DNA of 63,315 bases, counting the filler, from Octopus bimaculoides (taxonomy: Eukaryota): NCBI RefSeq assembly GCF_001194135.2. It is 9 parts of 9 records of this genome, joined end to end, with 100 filler letters (N's around TTAATTAATTAA, not from the genome) between each part and the next. Parts side by side here need not be neighbours in the genome. Positions count along the whole stretch, not along the records: positions 1 to 7,658 come from NC_068981.1; positions 7,759 to 12,207 come from NC_068994.1; positions 12,308 to 37,689 come from NC_068982.1; 6 more parts are not named here. One strand, given 5' to 3'. The notes below the pieces were generated by a model. It ran no database searches. It was not told the DNA's origin and saw only the letters and a program-made list of their open reading frames with translations. Shown here in pieces: positions 1-12,308 of this stretch (positions within the stretch are counted from its first letter, which is position 1; each line of letters opens with the position of its first letter). The position numbers and the translations under genes were made by a program.

Positions 1-186
1 AAATTGGTTTTTATATCCTGGAAATGTGCCACACAGGGCAGATTTCCGTCGCAAAAAACTTGCACCAGAGAGTCTACAAGTTGTTATACAACTTTGTATA
101 TAAAATAAATTTTACAAACAAACTTTTTAAAACATGAAAAAGGCAAAACTTACAGAGCCGACACGTCTACCGTCCGTCCATAGAGA

Positions 187-220
<34 letters not shown>

Positions 221-1542
221 AACCGAGCGTCTTAGACAGACATACATACATACATACATACATACAGACAGACAGACAGACAGATAGCTAGCTAGCTAGA
301 TAGATAGAGAGATCCTTCACTCTGTCAGTGTTTCTTTGAGTTGGGATCAGAATTTATATTATGTGTCACGTTTAGAAAAGCAAAGACTGATCACGGTGCT
401 GATATGGTTTCTGTCTTTGAAGAATAAATCTTGTGTTTGGGGGGGTATAAGCTTGGAAGGAATCTATTTTCATGTTATAACCTCAGAAAGACTGGCCCTT
501 GTAACCACTTTAAAGACTATAGTCGTTGTAGTTATTGTTGTTTTACTCCAGCTCATCCCAAGCTGTGTAAACTTATGATCAAAGATCTTTCAGCTGAGGT
601 CAACCTGTATTTTTCCAATATACAAGGCCCCCGAGTTCGTATTATCAAATGTATAGTTTTCTAAGATGGTTACAAGAGATTTGGTTACTATTTCCAGCAA
701 GTCAAGCGTTCTTGCTGGAAATAGGTATTAGGTTGAATTTATGAAGTGGTTACAGTGGGGTGAGGCAATTATCCAAGACGATTTTCATGCCTCAAAAACA
801 GGGAGGACGATGCAGACGACGAGTAAACTCTACATCTGCAAGTGAAACGTGGGTGGGAAATGACCTCGGAATAGTTACTTGTAACAAGTCCCACTTCATT
901 TCTCACTGGTTGCTTTGTAACAGAACAGACTCTGCTAAAGACCCTCCAGTAAACAGGCGGTGGTGTTAAGCAGCGTGGTGTGCTAGCTGTGTAAAAGAGA
1001 GTGTATTGAAAACAAGAGTAGTGAAGGATGTTTAGTTTAATCCATTATTCTTATCGTTTGTTCAGTGAATGTGTATCTGAGTGCGAAATAGCTGAAAGGT
1101 GAAGGAGAAATCCTCATCATCTGATTGATAATTTCATTAGTTTTAGTGAATAATTCATGGATGTATTTAAATAACTTGTTAATGCAAATATTGATTAAGG
1201 CCATGTTTAATTAACTAAACAATTTCAAGACGATCTTGGCAAATAAAGCAACACATGTGCTTGGCTTAAGAGTTGACTGACTTTATCAATGTGTTTAAAC
1301 AGATATCCAACGACTAACGATACATTGTATACGAAGGACATCATTGAATATGCATTTGTTTCACTCATATCGCTGTAGAAGAAGCTCGGAACGAGAGAAC
1401 ACAATAATTTACCAATGACAAAGAGAGAGAGCAACTGCTTTTGATATTGGTGAACTTATTTCACGTTGTAATGAATATTCAGGCAACTAGAAGAGATGTG
1501 TGAATTAATAGATTTTAGTCCATCAATTTCTTTCCAACTTAG

Positions 1543-1679
1543 ATTACTCAACACAATTTCTCAAAACAATATTCCGGTGGATAAATTACTTTGCTGTATG
1601 GGATATGATCAGAGGTTCATATTACACGACATGTGTCATATTTCTGCTTTGTGCGGCGGTGGCGCCGATAATTGCCTAA
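1543..1679 (+). CDS. Candidate terminal coding exon of a membrane/GPI-type protein whose upstream exons are not identified: xYSTQFLKTIFRWINYFAVWDMIRGSYYTTCVIFLLCAAVAPIIA*
   Basis: Pyrimidine-rich acceptor tttctttccaacttag|AT; phase-1 frame open for 44 codons to TAA; hydrophobic C-terminal tail. No homology recognised. Confidence 0.4.
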
Positions 1680-1802
1680 ATGGAAGCGAATGTAACTTTA
1701 CTGAGGTGTAGAAAATCATCAAATTATGGAGAAGTAGCTGCTCTAATACAGAATTAAATTACGCGTATTTATGTGTGTATTTGTTGTGTATGTATTGTGT
1801 GT

Positions 1803-1864
<62 letters not shown>

Positions 1865-2359
1865 CCGGCGTGCGCGTGTGTTATATTAAATAATGCTAGT
1901 CAATGGTTTGTACTTTTATTTTGTACTTTCGTATTTTGGGTTAAGGACTCTTCTTCAGGAAATCTTCGGAGTAATGGTCAGCTCACATCACCATTTATCT
2001 GAAGATTCCCTGAAGAAGAGATCCTATGGAAAAAAGAATCCCTCAGCTATACAAACTTTTAGAATTAGAAATTAGAAATTTAAAGGATTATTGAATGAAA
2101 AAAAGTAAAAGACAGAAGCGATTGGTTCCTTATAGATTACGTCCCTTAATATTAATTATCTGTTGATAATGTATTTGTAGGGAATTGTGGGACCAGATTT
2201 ACATGTCTTGGTTAACAAGAATTTATTGACAATATTTTATCTACACTAATTCGTAGTTCACGTCACGTCAATCGAACATATACGAACGAGATTTTGTACG
2301 ACCATTATTACTTACTTGCAGTATAAATGATGATGTGAACACAAACATCACTTCACTTC

Positions 2360-2775
2360 ACTCATGCTCTTGGTTGATGAGGTTGGGGATCATCCCATGT
2401 TAGTGGTCCCATCATGCGCCATCGTACAAAAAGCCGACCAGGTCTAACTGTGCAAGACTCTCTGTGCTCTCCTGATTGGGGGGTATACAGGGGCCCGTTC
2501 CAATGTTGGGCCATCTCGTTTCCCCTGGTCGGTGTCGTAACAGGCTGAAGGTTTTTCTTGATCAGTTGTTGACCCTCAGCAGAATAATCAGGTGATGGCG
2601 CTGCCATGTTAGCAACGAGTCAACGCATCACAAGCCATCGTTAGTCTGGAACATCCTCTAGAGACCAGCTCACCTTGGGTGCACCGACCAGGAGCAAAGC
2701 TCCAGACGGTAACGCTCCCTCAGATCTATGGGATACACCGGCGACCCCCGCTTCGCCATGGTAATGCTAAACCTA
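2360..2775 (-). mobile_element. Probable non-autonomous retroelement relic (RTE-like 5' UTR and 3' end with short GTGAA-type tail)
   Basis: GC/CpG-rich island in AT-rich DNA; minus strand ends ...CAAGAGCATGAGTGAAGTGAAGTGA; no RT or endonuclease motifs seen. Confidence 0.35.
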
Positions 2776-3402
2776 GGAGTAGGGAATACATGTATGTATA
2801 ACTTTATATGTGTTTATCCCACTCATGTATATAATTATGGCCAGGGTAAAAAATTCACGTATTTTTATTGCAATACCTCTATATATATATTGACTTTTTT
2901 TTAGTCCATTCTATTTATTTAGAATAGTTGTTATCAGTGTAGGTTTATAGGGGGCCATTGAGGACATTTTGGTGAATTTTCTACAGAAATATATTCCTGA
3001 CTTATTTGACAAATATTTATTCAGAAAAATGCAAGTATACACACACACACACCTTCACACATACACACACACACACGCACCTTCACACACACACACACAC
3101 ANNNNNNNNNNNNNNNNNNNNNNNNNNNNNNNNNNNNNNNNNNNNNNNNNNNNNNNNNNNNNNNNNNNNNNNNNNNNNNNNNNNNNNNNNNNNNNNNNNN
3201 NNNNNNNNNNNNNNNNNNNNNNNNNNNNNNNNNNNNNNNNNNNNNNNNNNNNNNNNNNNNNNNNNNNNNNNNNNNNNNNNNNNNNNNNNNNNNNNNNNNN
3301 NNNNNNNNNNNNNNNNNNNNNNNNNNNNNNNNNNNNNNNNNNNNNNNNNNNNNNNNNNNNNNNNNNNNNNNNNNNNNNNNNNNNNNNNNNNNNNNNNNNN
3401 NN

Positions 3403-3443
<41 letters not shown>

Positions 3444-4349
3444 CATATATATATACACGTATATGTATATATGTATATATATAGATATACGTATATATAT
3501 ATATGTGTGTGTGTGTTTGTGTGTCTGTGTGTTTGTGTGTGTGTGTGTGTAACTATATATATATATGTATATATATATATATACACAATCACATACACAC
3601 AGACACAGACACAGACACAGACACACACACATAGACACACACACACACATGTATGTAGGTATGAATGTACATGATCCAACAAGCATATAATTTATTTCTA
3701 AAATCAATTCTACAGCAAACTTCTTTAAAAAAAACAATGCTTTGCAATTCGTTACGAGGAGTCAGTAAACAATTTTCTGTCAGAAATAGAATTAAACATT
3801 TTAATTATCGTTACCATAACAACATAGTATTGCGATATTGAATATACCTGAAGCACAGTGAATCTTTTCGTCTTTCTTTTCTTCATAACTCATCGAAAGT
3901 GCCAATAGATAACCAGTGAAATGTTTCATTAGTTGAAAACCATTAACAGTGTCTTTTTTTTTCTTTTTGTGTACATTTTTTCTTTCATTGCTATCATTTA
4001 TGCTGTGTCACAGCTAATGAATAGGTTCCCGTTGCGAGTAGTGTGTCGTTTTTTAATGTAAACATTTACCAATATGTCCTTCCTCATTTAAGAAGATATG
4101 GTCTGGTTACAAAAAAGTATGGCTGCTATGTTCAGCGAGTCGAATACTTATAATGTCTCTGTCTTAAAAAGTGTTATTGTATACGTATATATAAGGAATC
4201 TTTTTTTTTGTTATCTAGTTTGGGAACCGGAAATGTAAAACTCTTCTCCATCTCACACGAATATACACATATGTACGCACGTATTGTATGCATGTCTTTA
4301 CCTACCTACCTACCTACCTACCTACCTACCTACCTACTTACCTATCAAC

Positions 4350-4385
<36 letters not shown>

Positions 4386-4694
4386 GCATGTATATATANN
4401 NNNNNNNNNNNNNNNNNNNNNNNNNNNNNNNNNNNNNNNNNNNNNNNNNNNNNNNNNNNNNNNNNNNNNNNNNNNNNNNNNNNNNNNNNNNNNNNNNNNN
4501 NNNNNNNNNNNNNNNNNNNNNNNNNNNNNNNNNNNNNNNNNNNNNNNNNNNNNNNNNNNNNNNNNNNNNNNNNNNNNNNNNNNNNNNNNNNNNNNNNNNN
4601 NNNNNNNNNNNNNNNNNNNNNNNNNNNNNNNNNNNNNNNNNNNNNNNNNNNNNNNNNNNNNNNNNNNNTATATATATATGAGGTTGAGTAAAGA

Positions 4695-4835
4695 GTAAGT
4701 GGAGAGGGAAGGCCGGTATTCATGGGCGACTGTTGTTCTTCCATAAATAACCTTGCCCGGACTTGTATCCTGGAAGGGGAACTTCCTGGGTGCCATGGAA
4801 TGGTCAGTCATGACCGAAGGGGGTCTTTAACCTTT
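4695..4835 (-). mobile_element. Fragment of an interspersed repeat (RTE-associated UTR-like family)
   Basis: Minus strand GACCCCCTTCGGTCATGACTGACC...AAGTCCGGGCAAGGTTATTTATGGAAG resembles a common octopus repeat (from recall). Confidence 0.35.
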
Positions 4836-5505
4836 TACAGGATGACCATATATTACTTTTACAATTTGAAAAAGTCAGAATTAAAAAATGATGACTCAAC
4901 CGAGTTTGTGAAAATGTGTTGTTTCTAATAAAACTTTATTTGTTTGCCTATACTTTCCGATAAACTCTGTTCAGTTATCCTTCTTTTCCATTTGTATCAG
5001 AATCTATCAAATTGTAAAGGTAATTTATGGACACTCTGCATAATGTACAATAAAGCTGATAGTTTAACATACCAAAGAGGTACACAGGAACAAAATGTTA
5101 GGAGCTCCTATCCTTCACTACTAATTTCCAGCCAAAGGTTCAATCCCACATTGTAACTCGTTCATATCTATTAGTGAAGCAAATTATAATGTCAATTAGG
5201 CGCGAAGGGAATAGAGTAGAATATTCACATAATCAAAGTCATAATAATGATTATTTATAGAAACGTGTTAAAGGTGAAGAGTAAGACTGTGAGAGAAACT
5301 AAGATAATTATGAAGTAATTATAATCATATTTTATTAGCATATTTCAATTTCAATTAAATTGGTTGTTCATTTATTTCCAAAACCTTTAACATCTGTTAA
5401 ACAATTTAGATAAATAGTTCTTCACAGCGAATTTTAGCAGCGTCCAATCCTGAATGAAATGCGCAGCTCTGCAATCACTCAGTTTGTATGTAATTACATC
5501 AGTTT

Positions 5506-5544
<39 letters not shown>

Positions 5545-5718
5545 TTCTCTCTCGCTCTCGCTCCCCTCACTCTCTGTCTCTGTCTCTCTCTTTCTCCTCA
5601 CTCTCTCCCCATCTCTCTGTCTCTGTCTCTCGCTCTCTCCCACACTGTTTTACTCACCTGCTTCTCTCTTCACATACACACCCACGCATACACACAGATG
5701 TACATGTGTATATATATA

Positions 5719-5760
<42 letters not shown>

Positions 5761-5940
5761 NNNNNNNNNNNNNNNNNNNNNNNNNNNNNNNNNNNNNNNN
5801 NNNNNNNNNNNNNNNNNNNNNNNNNNNNNNNNNNNNNNNNNNNNNNNNNNNNNNNNNNNNNNNNNNNNNNNNNNNNNNNNNNNNNNNNNNNNNNNNNNNN
5901 NNNNNNNNNNNNNNNNNNNNNNNNNNNNNNNNNNNNNNCG

Positions 5941-5973
<33 letters not shown>

Positions 5974-7702
5974 GCATATACACACACAGACACACACATA
6001 GTCGCACACACACACGCACACATATATACAAATACCTCATTTAATATATTGCATTTGTGTTTAAGCACCGTAAACTTCAGCCATTTTATTTAAGAACTCA
6101 ATTCCTAACATCGTTTAAACTCCAATAAATTATTTCACTGCAATATTCTTAAGTGAATTAATGTATATATATATATGTGTGTGTGTGTGTGCGTGCGTGT
6201 GTGTGTGTGTGTGTGTGTGTGTACGTATATTTATACACATTGGTTAGAGGCATTAGAATAGTAAAGCAGCAAACATTTCTCGAATGATTCATGATTTAAT
6301 TCTAATCTACAGCTGTTTCAACGGTTAGTACACAAAATCATTACTCAATATAAGAAATTACTGATGACCTTCTTCAAGTGCAACCAAAGAGCCATCATAT
6401 TTGTTGGAATGTCTGACTGTCTGACTGTCTGACTGTCTGACTGTCTGTCTGTCTGTCTGTCTAGGACCGCTTAACCCCAAGTTTACTAAACTTCAACGCT
6501 TACCAATCCTCAACGCTTGCTTTGCAGGTGTATACCCATACCTATATATATATATNNNNNNNNNNNNNNNNNNNNNNNNNNNNNNNNNNNNNNNNNNNNN
6601 NNNNNNNNNNNNNNNNNNNNNNNNNNNNNNNNNNNNNNNNNNNNNNNNNNNNNNNNNNNNNNNNNNNNNNNNNNNNNNNNNNNNNNNNNNNNNNNNNNNN
6701 NNNNNNNNNNNNNNNNNNNNNNNNNNNNNNNNNNNNNNNNNNNNNNNNNNNNNNNNNNNNNNNNNNNNNNNNNNNNNNNNNNNNNNNNNNNNNNNNNNNN
6801 NNNNNNNNNNNNNNNNNNNNNNNNNNNNNNNNNNNNNNNNNNNNNNNNNNNNNNNNNNNNNNNNNNNNNNNNNNNNNNNNNNNNNNNNNNNNNNNNNNNN
6901 NNNNNNNNNNNNNNNNNNNNNNNNNNNNNNNNNNNNNNNNNNNNNNNNNNNNNNNNNNNNNNNNNNNNNNNNNNNNNNNNNNNNNNNNNNNNNNNNNNNN
7001 NNNNNNNAATAACTCGGGCTCCTTTTATTGAGCCTGATCTCAGTTTATTTTTTTTCATCTGGCGGTCGTCTTAGAGGTGCCCTGTGTCATAAAATATCAT
7101 TCGTAGCAGACGTTCTCTCGACATCGTTCACACGCGCCTGACTCGGGTTCAGAAGTTACATCCCGAATTGTTATCTATAATCGTAAAAATTAAAAGTTAT
7201 TCAAATTCAATGTTTTCTTCAAACAATAAATTTCTATAGAGATTAGGATTTAAATTCCAATCTATGGAAAGTTTCCGTTCTACGATATTCTTAAAGGAAC
7301 GAAAAATTATCCAGCAACTCGGGCTAATACGAACGAGCCTGGTAGACGTAAAAGGCGACATCTCTTGTCAAGAGGAAAGGCGACAGTCAGATCGTTGATG
7401 TTTGTTGGGCACTCTGCTGTTGTTATTTGATTGTTGTTATTCTGTGTGTCTGTGTGTAAAGATCAGTTGTGCTTTGCAGAGTTCCTTTATTTTTACCCTT
7501 AACTTAGAAATGAAGAAAGACATAGTGTTAGATAATTAAAAAAGCTATTTGGCGTTATAAATATTGCGGAAAAACGTGAAATTCTTCGAGCAGGAATGTG
7601 TCTTATGCGAAATCTGTGATGAGCCCGTTTGACGCTGATGACCCGGAGTCGCCTCTGANNNNNNNNNNNNNNNNNNNNNNNNNNNNNNNNNNNNNNNNNN
7701 NN

Positions 7703-7714
7703 TTAATTAATTAA
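7703..7714. other. Assembly spacer TTAATTAATTAA inside a 100-nt gap; also at 12252, 37734, 41354, 52641, 55999, 59950, 61918
   Basis: Identical palindromic 12-mer with stops in all six frames, embedded in N-runs eight times (44 N on each side where counted). Confidence 0.95.
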
Positions 7715-7758
7715 NNNNNNNNNNNNNNNNNNNNNNNNNNNNNNNNNNNNNNNNNNNN

Positions 7759-7809
<51 letters not shown>

Positions 7810-7844
7810 TATATACATATATATACATACATATATATGCATAC

Positions 7845-7876
<32 letters not shown>

Positions 7877-8094
7877 CATATAATTCACCCAACCCATTAG
7901 GGGCACATTATAGAATTTTATTGAAATTCAATTAGTTTACTGTTGAACTGAATGTTAGTGTAACATGTATGCAATGTTTGGTGAATATTGTTTCGCTGGT
8001 TTAGGCAGTAACATGGTAACAGACAGAAATTACCATTTATATATAAAATATATATATATATATATATACATGGGTTAAGTGTTCGAAATTAAAC

Positions 8095-8631
8095 ATGTGC
8101 CGAGCAAATTTTGAAGGAAGGAGGTTAATCAACACCATCGACCCCGGTATTTCGCTGGTATTTTACTTTAATGACCCCAAAATGGATGAAAGGCCTCTGC
8201 GGAATTTGAACATAAAGAGCCGGAAGAAATACTGCAGATATTTCTTTCGACCTTCGAACGACTATGTCAGCTCGCCCCCTTTTGATTTCAACGAAATAAT
8301 TATTTCTAATTTTGGTATAAAACAAGGAATTTTGAGAAGCGGGATAAGGTGAGTATATCGACTCCAGTGCTTAACTGGTACCTATAAAGTATTGGCGGCA
8401 TTTGAACTGACAGTTTAAACTTAATAATCCTTTCTACTATAAGCACAATACCTGAAATTCTAGAAAAAGTCAAGTACATCGACCCTAGTGTTTAAGTGAT
8501 ATTTGAGCACTAGGATCGATGAGCAATTTTTTGACCCCGAAAGGATGAAAAGTAAAGTCGACCTCGGCCGAATTTGAACTCAGTACGAAATGCCGCTAAG
8601 CATTTTATCCGACGTGCTAATGATTCTACCA
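8095..8631 (-). mobile_element. Cluster of decayed SINE family A copies
   Basis: Reverse complement of the GGCGAGCTGGCAGAA...GAGTTCAAATTCCGCCGAGGTCGACTTTGCCTTTCATCC family seen intact at 11405-11621. Confidence 0.75.
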
Positions 8632-9036
8632 NNNNNNNNNNNNNNNNNNNNNNNNNNNNNNNNNNNNNNNNNNNNNNNNNNNNNNNNNNNNNNNNNNNNN
8701 NNNNNNNNNNNNNNNNNNNNNNNNNNNNNNNNNNNNNNNNNNNNNNNNNNNNNNNNNNNNNNNNNNNNNNNNNNNNNNNNNNNNNNNNNNNNNNNNNNNN
8801 NNNNNNNNNNNNNNNNNNNNNNNNNNNNNNNNNNNNNNNNNNNNNNNNNNNNNNNNNNNNNNNNNNNNNNAACACAAACTTATTCCCTCTGATCTTCTTT
8901 CTCCTCCTCTTTCTCTCTTTACATCCTCCTTATTTTCTTACATTTATTTCCTTTCCGCTATCACCACATCCACACCTCAGACTACGGGTTATTTATTTAT
9001 TATCTATTATTTTTTTTAAGCCCTAGAACTCATAGT

Positions 9037-9250
9037 GGAGGAGCGTGGTGGTTACGGTGTTGGACTCGTGATCGTAAAATTGTGGCTTCGATTCCTCGAT
9101 CGTGCGACATGTTGTGGTTTTTAGCAAAACACTTCATTTCATATAGTTGCAGTTCAGTCGGCTAGCAAAAAAATGATGGACTGGGGACGAACCGGCGTCC
9201 CGTCCAGGAGGAGAATATATACGCCATGAGTCGGTATGACTCGTGAAGAA
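9037..9250 (+). mobile_element. tRNA-derived SINE relic
   Basis: A-box-like GGAGCGTGGTGGTTACGG and B-box-like GGCTTCGATTCC, followed by a GATGGACTGG..CGTCCCGTCCAGG central domain. Confidence 0.6.
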
Positions 9251-9277
9251 AGGAACTAGGACTCATATGCCAGTTAC

Positions 9278-9494
9278 TCGGTTTCCATGTGACCGAGATC
9301 ACAGCATTTCCGTTGACTGGGACAGCGTTCTGTAAACTATCGTTTTGCGTTTTGTGTTGTACATCACTTCTTCTGGGGTAGTCAGTTTCATGTTCGCTCC
9401 TTCCCTTTGCAATAAGATTTTTATATTTTTCGAGCTCGCCCGGGACGACTTGCATTGTGTCGCTAGTGACACCGGCCACGGACCCGTAGTTCAT
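9278..9494 (-). CDS. Candidate first coding exon: MNYGSVAGVTSDTMQVVPGELEKYKNLIAKGRSEHETDYPRRSDVQHKTQNDSLQNAVPVNGNAVISVTWKP
   Basis: AAAATGAAC start context, 72 open codons of protein-like composition, CpG retained, possible donor CGA|GTAACT just before a SINE. Donor weak; downstream exons not found. Confidence 0.45.
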
Positions 9495-11234
9495 TTTTCC
9501 ATTACCATTCTGTGTTTCTACGGTATGTTTTTCTCTTCCTTCGTTTGGCAAAATTGGAGGGAGAGTAACATTTGTTCGCACAATTCCTCCAAGAAGAAGT
9601 CTAGAATTACATACTGAGAGGCGTCAACTTACATGTTGTACTGATTCTGTAAAACATTTTCCACAAAGGAACACAATTCGCCCCTAAGCAAGGGGAACTC
9701 GCAGAAAAACCGAACCTGCTAGAGCAGGCAATGTGTCCAAAGGACACAGAGAACAAAATAAAAGTTGTATAACAGTTAAAAAAAAACAACGGTAATCCCA
9801 AAAGGGAAAACCTACAATTAAACGAGAGCAGCAGAAAAACACGTCCGTTCAGTAAAATGCACTGAAAGAGAATGATTCCATTTATCATTATATTAACGTC
9901 TATTTTGTAATAGGATTATATATTTTCACAGTGACTGTGAATCTATGACATGTAAGTCAGCTGCGGCACATCCCATGTTTACAGGTGACAAGTGATGGAA
10001 TCAGATTTTCAGCAGATTTTAGGGAGGGGATAAGTCGCTTACATCGATCTCAGTGCTCAAGGGCAAAGTAAAACCTCTGAAAGCAAGCATGGACGTTTAA
10101 GACAAAATTATGAAAATGTTTTGAACACGAAAACAATTAATAGACAATGCCACCGATTACTCCACTTCTTATTTGCCTGTTTTCTCATCCCCTTTTTTCC
10201 TGCCTCCTCTCTGTCATTGAACTCGTGTTCAACCTTACTACAACTGGAACCCTCGTCGTCGTAAGCGACGGAATGCCAACAACAACAACAATAGCTGTGA
10301 AAACAACAGGAAGATTGGGTATTTTACTCTTATAAGACGAAAACAAGTGGTCAGTAGGTGACTACGGGATTTGAACCCGTACCCCGCAACATTCTCTATC
10401 CGTTATTTCTCTCTCTTTGCTTCTCCCTCTTTATTACTGCTTCTTCCCTCTCACTACCGCCCATTTCTTGCTCTTTTAAATTCTCTCTGTTCTCCCCACC
10501 CCCAACATTCTCGCTTTACCTTCGCCTCCTACCACACACATACCAGTTCACTGTCCTGTTGCTTTCTCTTCTTCTCTCCCTCTCCTTTTTGTTACAACTT
10601 CTCATCACCGCCACCAATTCTCCCGCACTTACTCTCTATCTTCCCCTCTCTCAACCACTTTTCTCTGCACCCACCACCATAAATTCCCCCACAGCTTTTC
10701 TTTGTATTTCGTCCTTTCTCTTCTTCACCTGCACCACACTCTCTTCCTAAAAAAAAAAAAAAAAATACTAACAACTTTAAACTCAAACCTCCTTTCTCAA
10801 GGTAAGCTTATGTCTCTTTCTGCTATAATTTTTCTGTGAATGTAATTTTGTAGTTGAGATATGCTGTTCGAACAAGTCAGTCACATTTCGTTTTTTGTAC
10901 AGTTCAATGCCTTTCCCCCACCCCTTTATGTAATGTAAATTCTTCAACTGTGAAAGAACAACTAGTTCCTGTTTTCTAGTTTGTCTGGTTGAGCCAAATA
11001 GGCAGCCAAACAGTCTCGTGTGCATGTATTCCTCACGAATGCACAAGTGTGATTCCCATATCAATATTCGAACCTTTGACCTCTGGGCATTCAGCTTGAT
11101 ATGTTAACAATTCTACCAAATGTTATTCTATTCGGGAAATTGAAGTAAATAAATAAACATATAACTAAAAGACAGTGTAAGTGAAGTTATCTAAACATAC
11201 TTCATGTCTTGTAAAAGTTTCCTGTGTAAAGGTT

Positions 11235-11404
11235 TCTCGGCGCAGATATGGCTCCGTGGTTAAATTCATTCAGCAACCAACTCGTAGTTTCGAGTTCACT
11301 CCCACCTAAAGACACTTTAAAACAAGTGTCTTCTATTATAAACTCTGGTCGACCGAGGACTTCTGAGTAAAGTTTAGTAGCCAGCAACTGTGTGGAAGTT
11401 CGAA
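11235..11404 (+). mobile_element. Decayed CORE-type SINE (family C) head interrupted by a younger SINE
   Basis: GGCTCCGTGGTTAA...TTCGAGTTCACTCCC...CAAGTGTCTTCTATTATA matches the family intact at 61575-61873. Confidence 0.6.
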
Positions 11405-11621
11405 AGGCGGCGAGCTGGCAGAAACGTTAGCGGTATTTTGTCTGCCGTTACGTTCTGAGTTCAAATTCCGCCGAGGTCGACTTTGCCTTTCATCCTTTCG
11501 GGATCGATAAATTAAGTAACATTTACGCACTGGGGTCCATCTAATCGACTTAATCCCTTTGTCTGTCCTTGTTTGTCCCCTCTATGTTTAGCCCCTTGTG
11601 GGCAATAAAGAAATAAGAAAT
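11405..11621 (+). mobile_element. Young SINE family A copy with perfect 16-bp target-site duplication
   Basis: TGTGTGGAAGTTCGAA at 11389-11404 and 11622-11637; B-box GAGTTCAAATTCC; CpGs intact; A-rich tail. Confidence 0.9.
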
Positions 11622-11639
11622 TGTGTGGAAGTTCGAAGG

Positions 11640-11940
11640 GTAGTTTTCTGTTTTGTAGTAATAAACCTAATCCGTTGCTTAGATTAAATACTACACACAC
11701 CTGGCCCACGGTACCCTGTGGAAACCCCTTAGTGCAAAGTTTGGGACACCAGGTTTGTGGTATGCGAATAATTCCTAATTTTCCCCTTCTAACCAATGTC
11801 AGATGCCGTGCAAAGCGTTATTGGCGTCACCCGTTGTTATCTACTGCAAAATTCCTGCGTTTAATAAGAAGAAAACATGGATTCTATCGTTTCAATGTAG
11901 TTAAACATAAACCACAAAAATAGTAATGGTGTAGGTGAAA
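11640..11940. promoter_or_regulatory. Possible promoter-like unique CpG-retaining segment
   Basis: CCAAT 11793-11797 and inverted ATTGG 11820-11824 followed by CGTCA; lies just left of the CpG-decayed domain. Motifs are short and could be chance. Confidence 0.2.
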
Positions 11941-12022
11941 TGTCAATGTTCCCTGTTTTCTGCACTGTTGACTACTTTAATATTTAGTTTAGAACAAACG
12001 TTGGAGCAAAGAGGTATATATA

Positions 12023-12207
12023 TACAGGGTGTCCACAAAGATTGGGTACATGGAGTAAATAAAATCATAACATAAACAATTAAATATAAGAAATAATAAT
12101 TTCTTAAAGCATGTGTAAATCCCCATGTGGGTAAATAAAATCTTAACATAAACAATTAAATATAAGAAATGATAATTTCTTAAAGTATGTATTAATCCCC
12201 ATGTACC
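12023..12207 (+). mobile_element. Tc1/mariner-type MITE end with internal ~76-bp tandem duplication (runs into gap)
   Basis: TA|CAGGGTGTCCACAAAG terminus; 12055-12130 repeated at 12131-12207; GGGTACATGG inverted as CCATGTACC. Confidence 0.6.
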
Positions 12208-12308
12208 NNNNNNNNNNNNNNNNNNNNNNNNNNNNNNNNNNNNNNNNNNNNTTAATTAATTAANNNNNNNNNNNNNNNNNNNNNNNNNNNNNNNNNNNNN
12301 NNNNNNNA

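Noticed and set aside
688-724. Perfect 14-bp hairpin CTATTTCCAGCAAG-N9-CTTGCTGGAAATAG
   Set aside because: One arm matches a dispersed repeat also seen near 4110, 23245, 28860 and 32660; likely a local inversion, and terminators do not apply.
1496-1711. EGF-like look of CGGGADNCLNGSEC in the tracked ORF
   Set aside because: Incomplete Cys pattern and no good donor; the overlapping frame with the strong acceptor is the better explanation.
2969-6068. Long ORFs in the track (YIYI, HTHT, SLSL, VCVC and X runs), here and throughout
   Set aside because: Translations of dinucleotide/tetranucleotide microsatellites and N gaps.
7616-7658. C/D-box snoRNA-like or hammerhead-like motif (GTGATGA...CTGATGA...CTGA)
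   Set aside because: Only 43 nt from box C to D, no terminal stem or rRNA complement recognised, no valid hammerhead cleavage triplet, and truncated by a gap.
7703-7714. Recurrent perfect palindrome TTAATTAATTAA (8 copies)
   Set aside because: Always embedded within a 100-nt N gap, with stops in six frames; scaffolding spacer, not biology.
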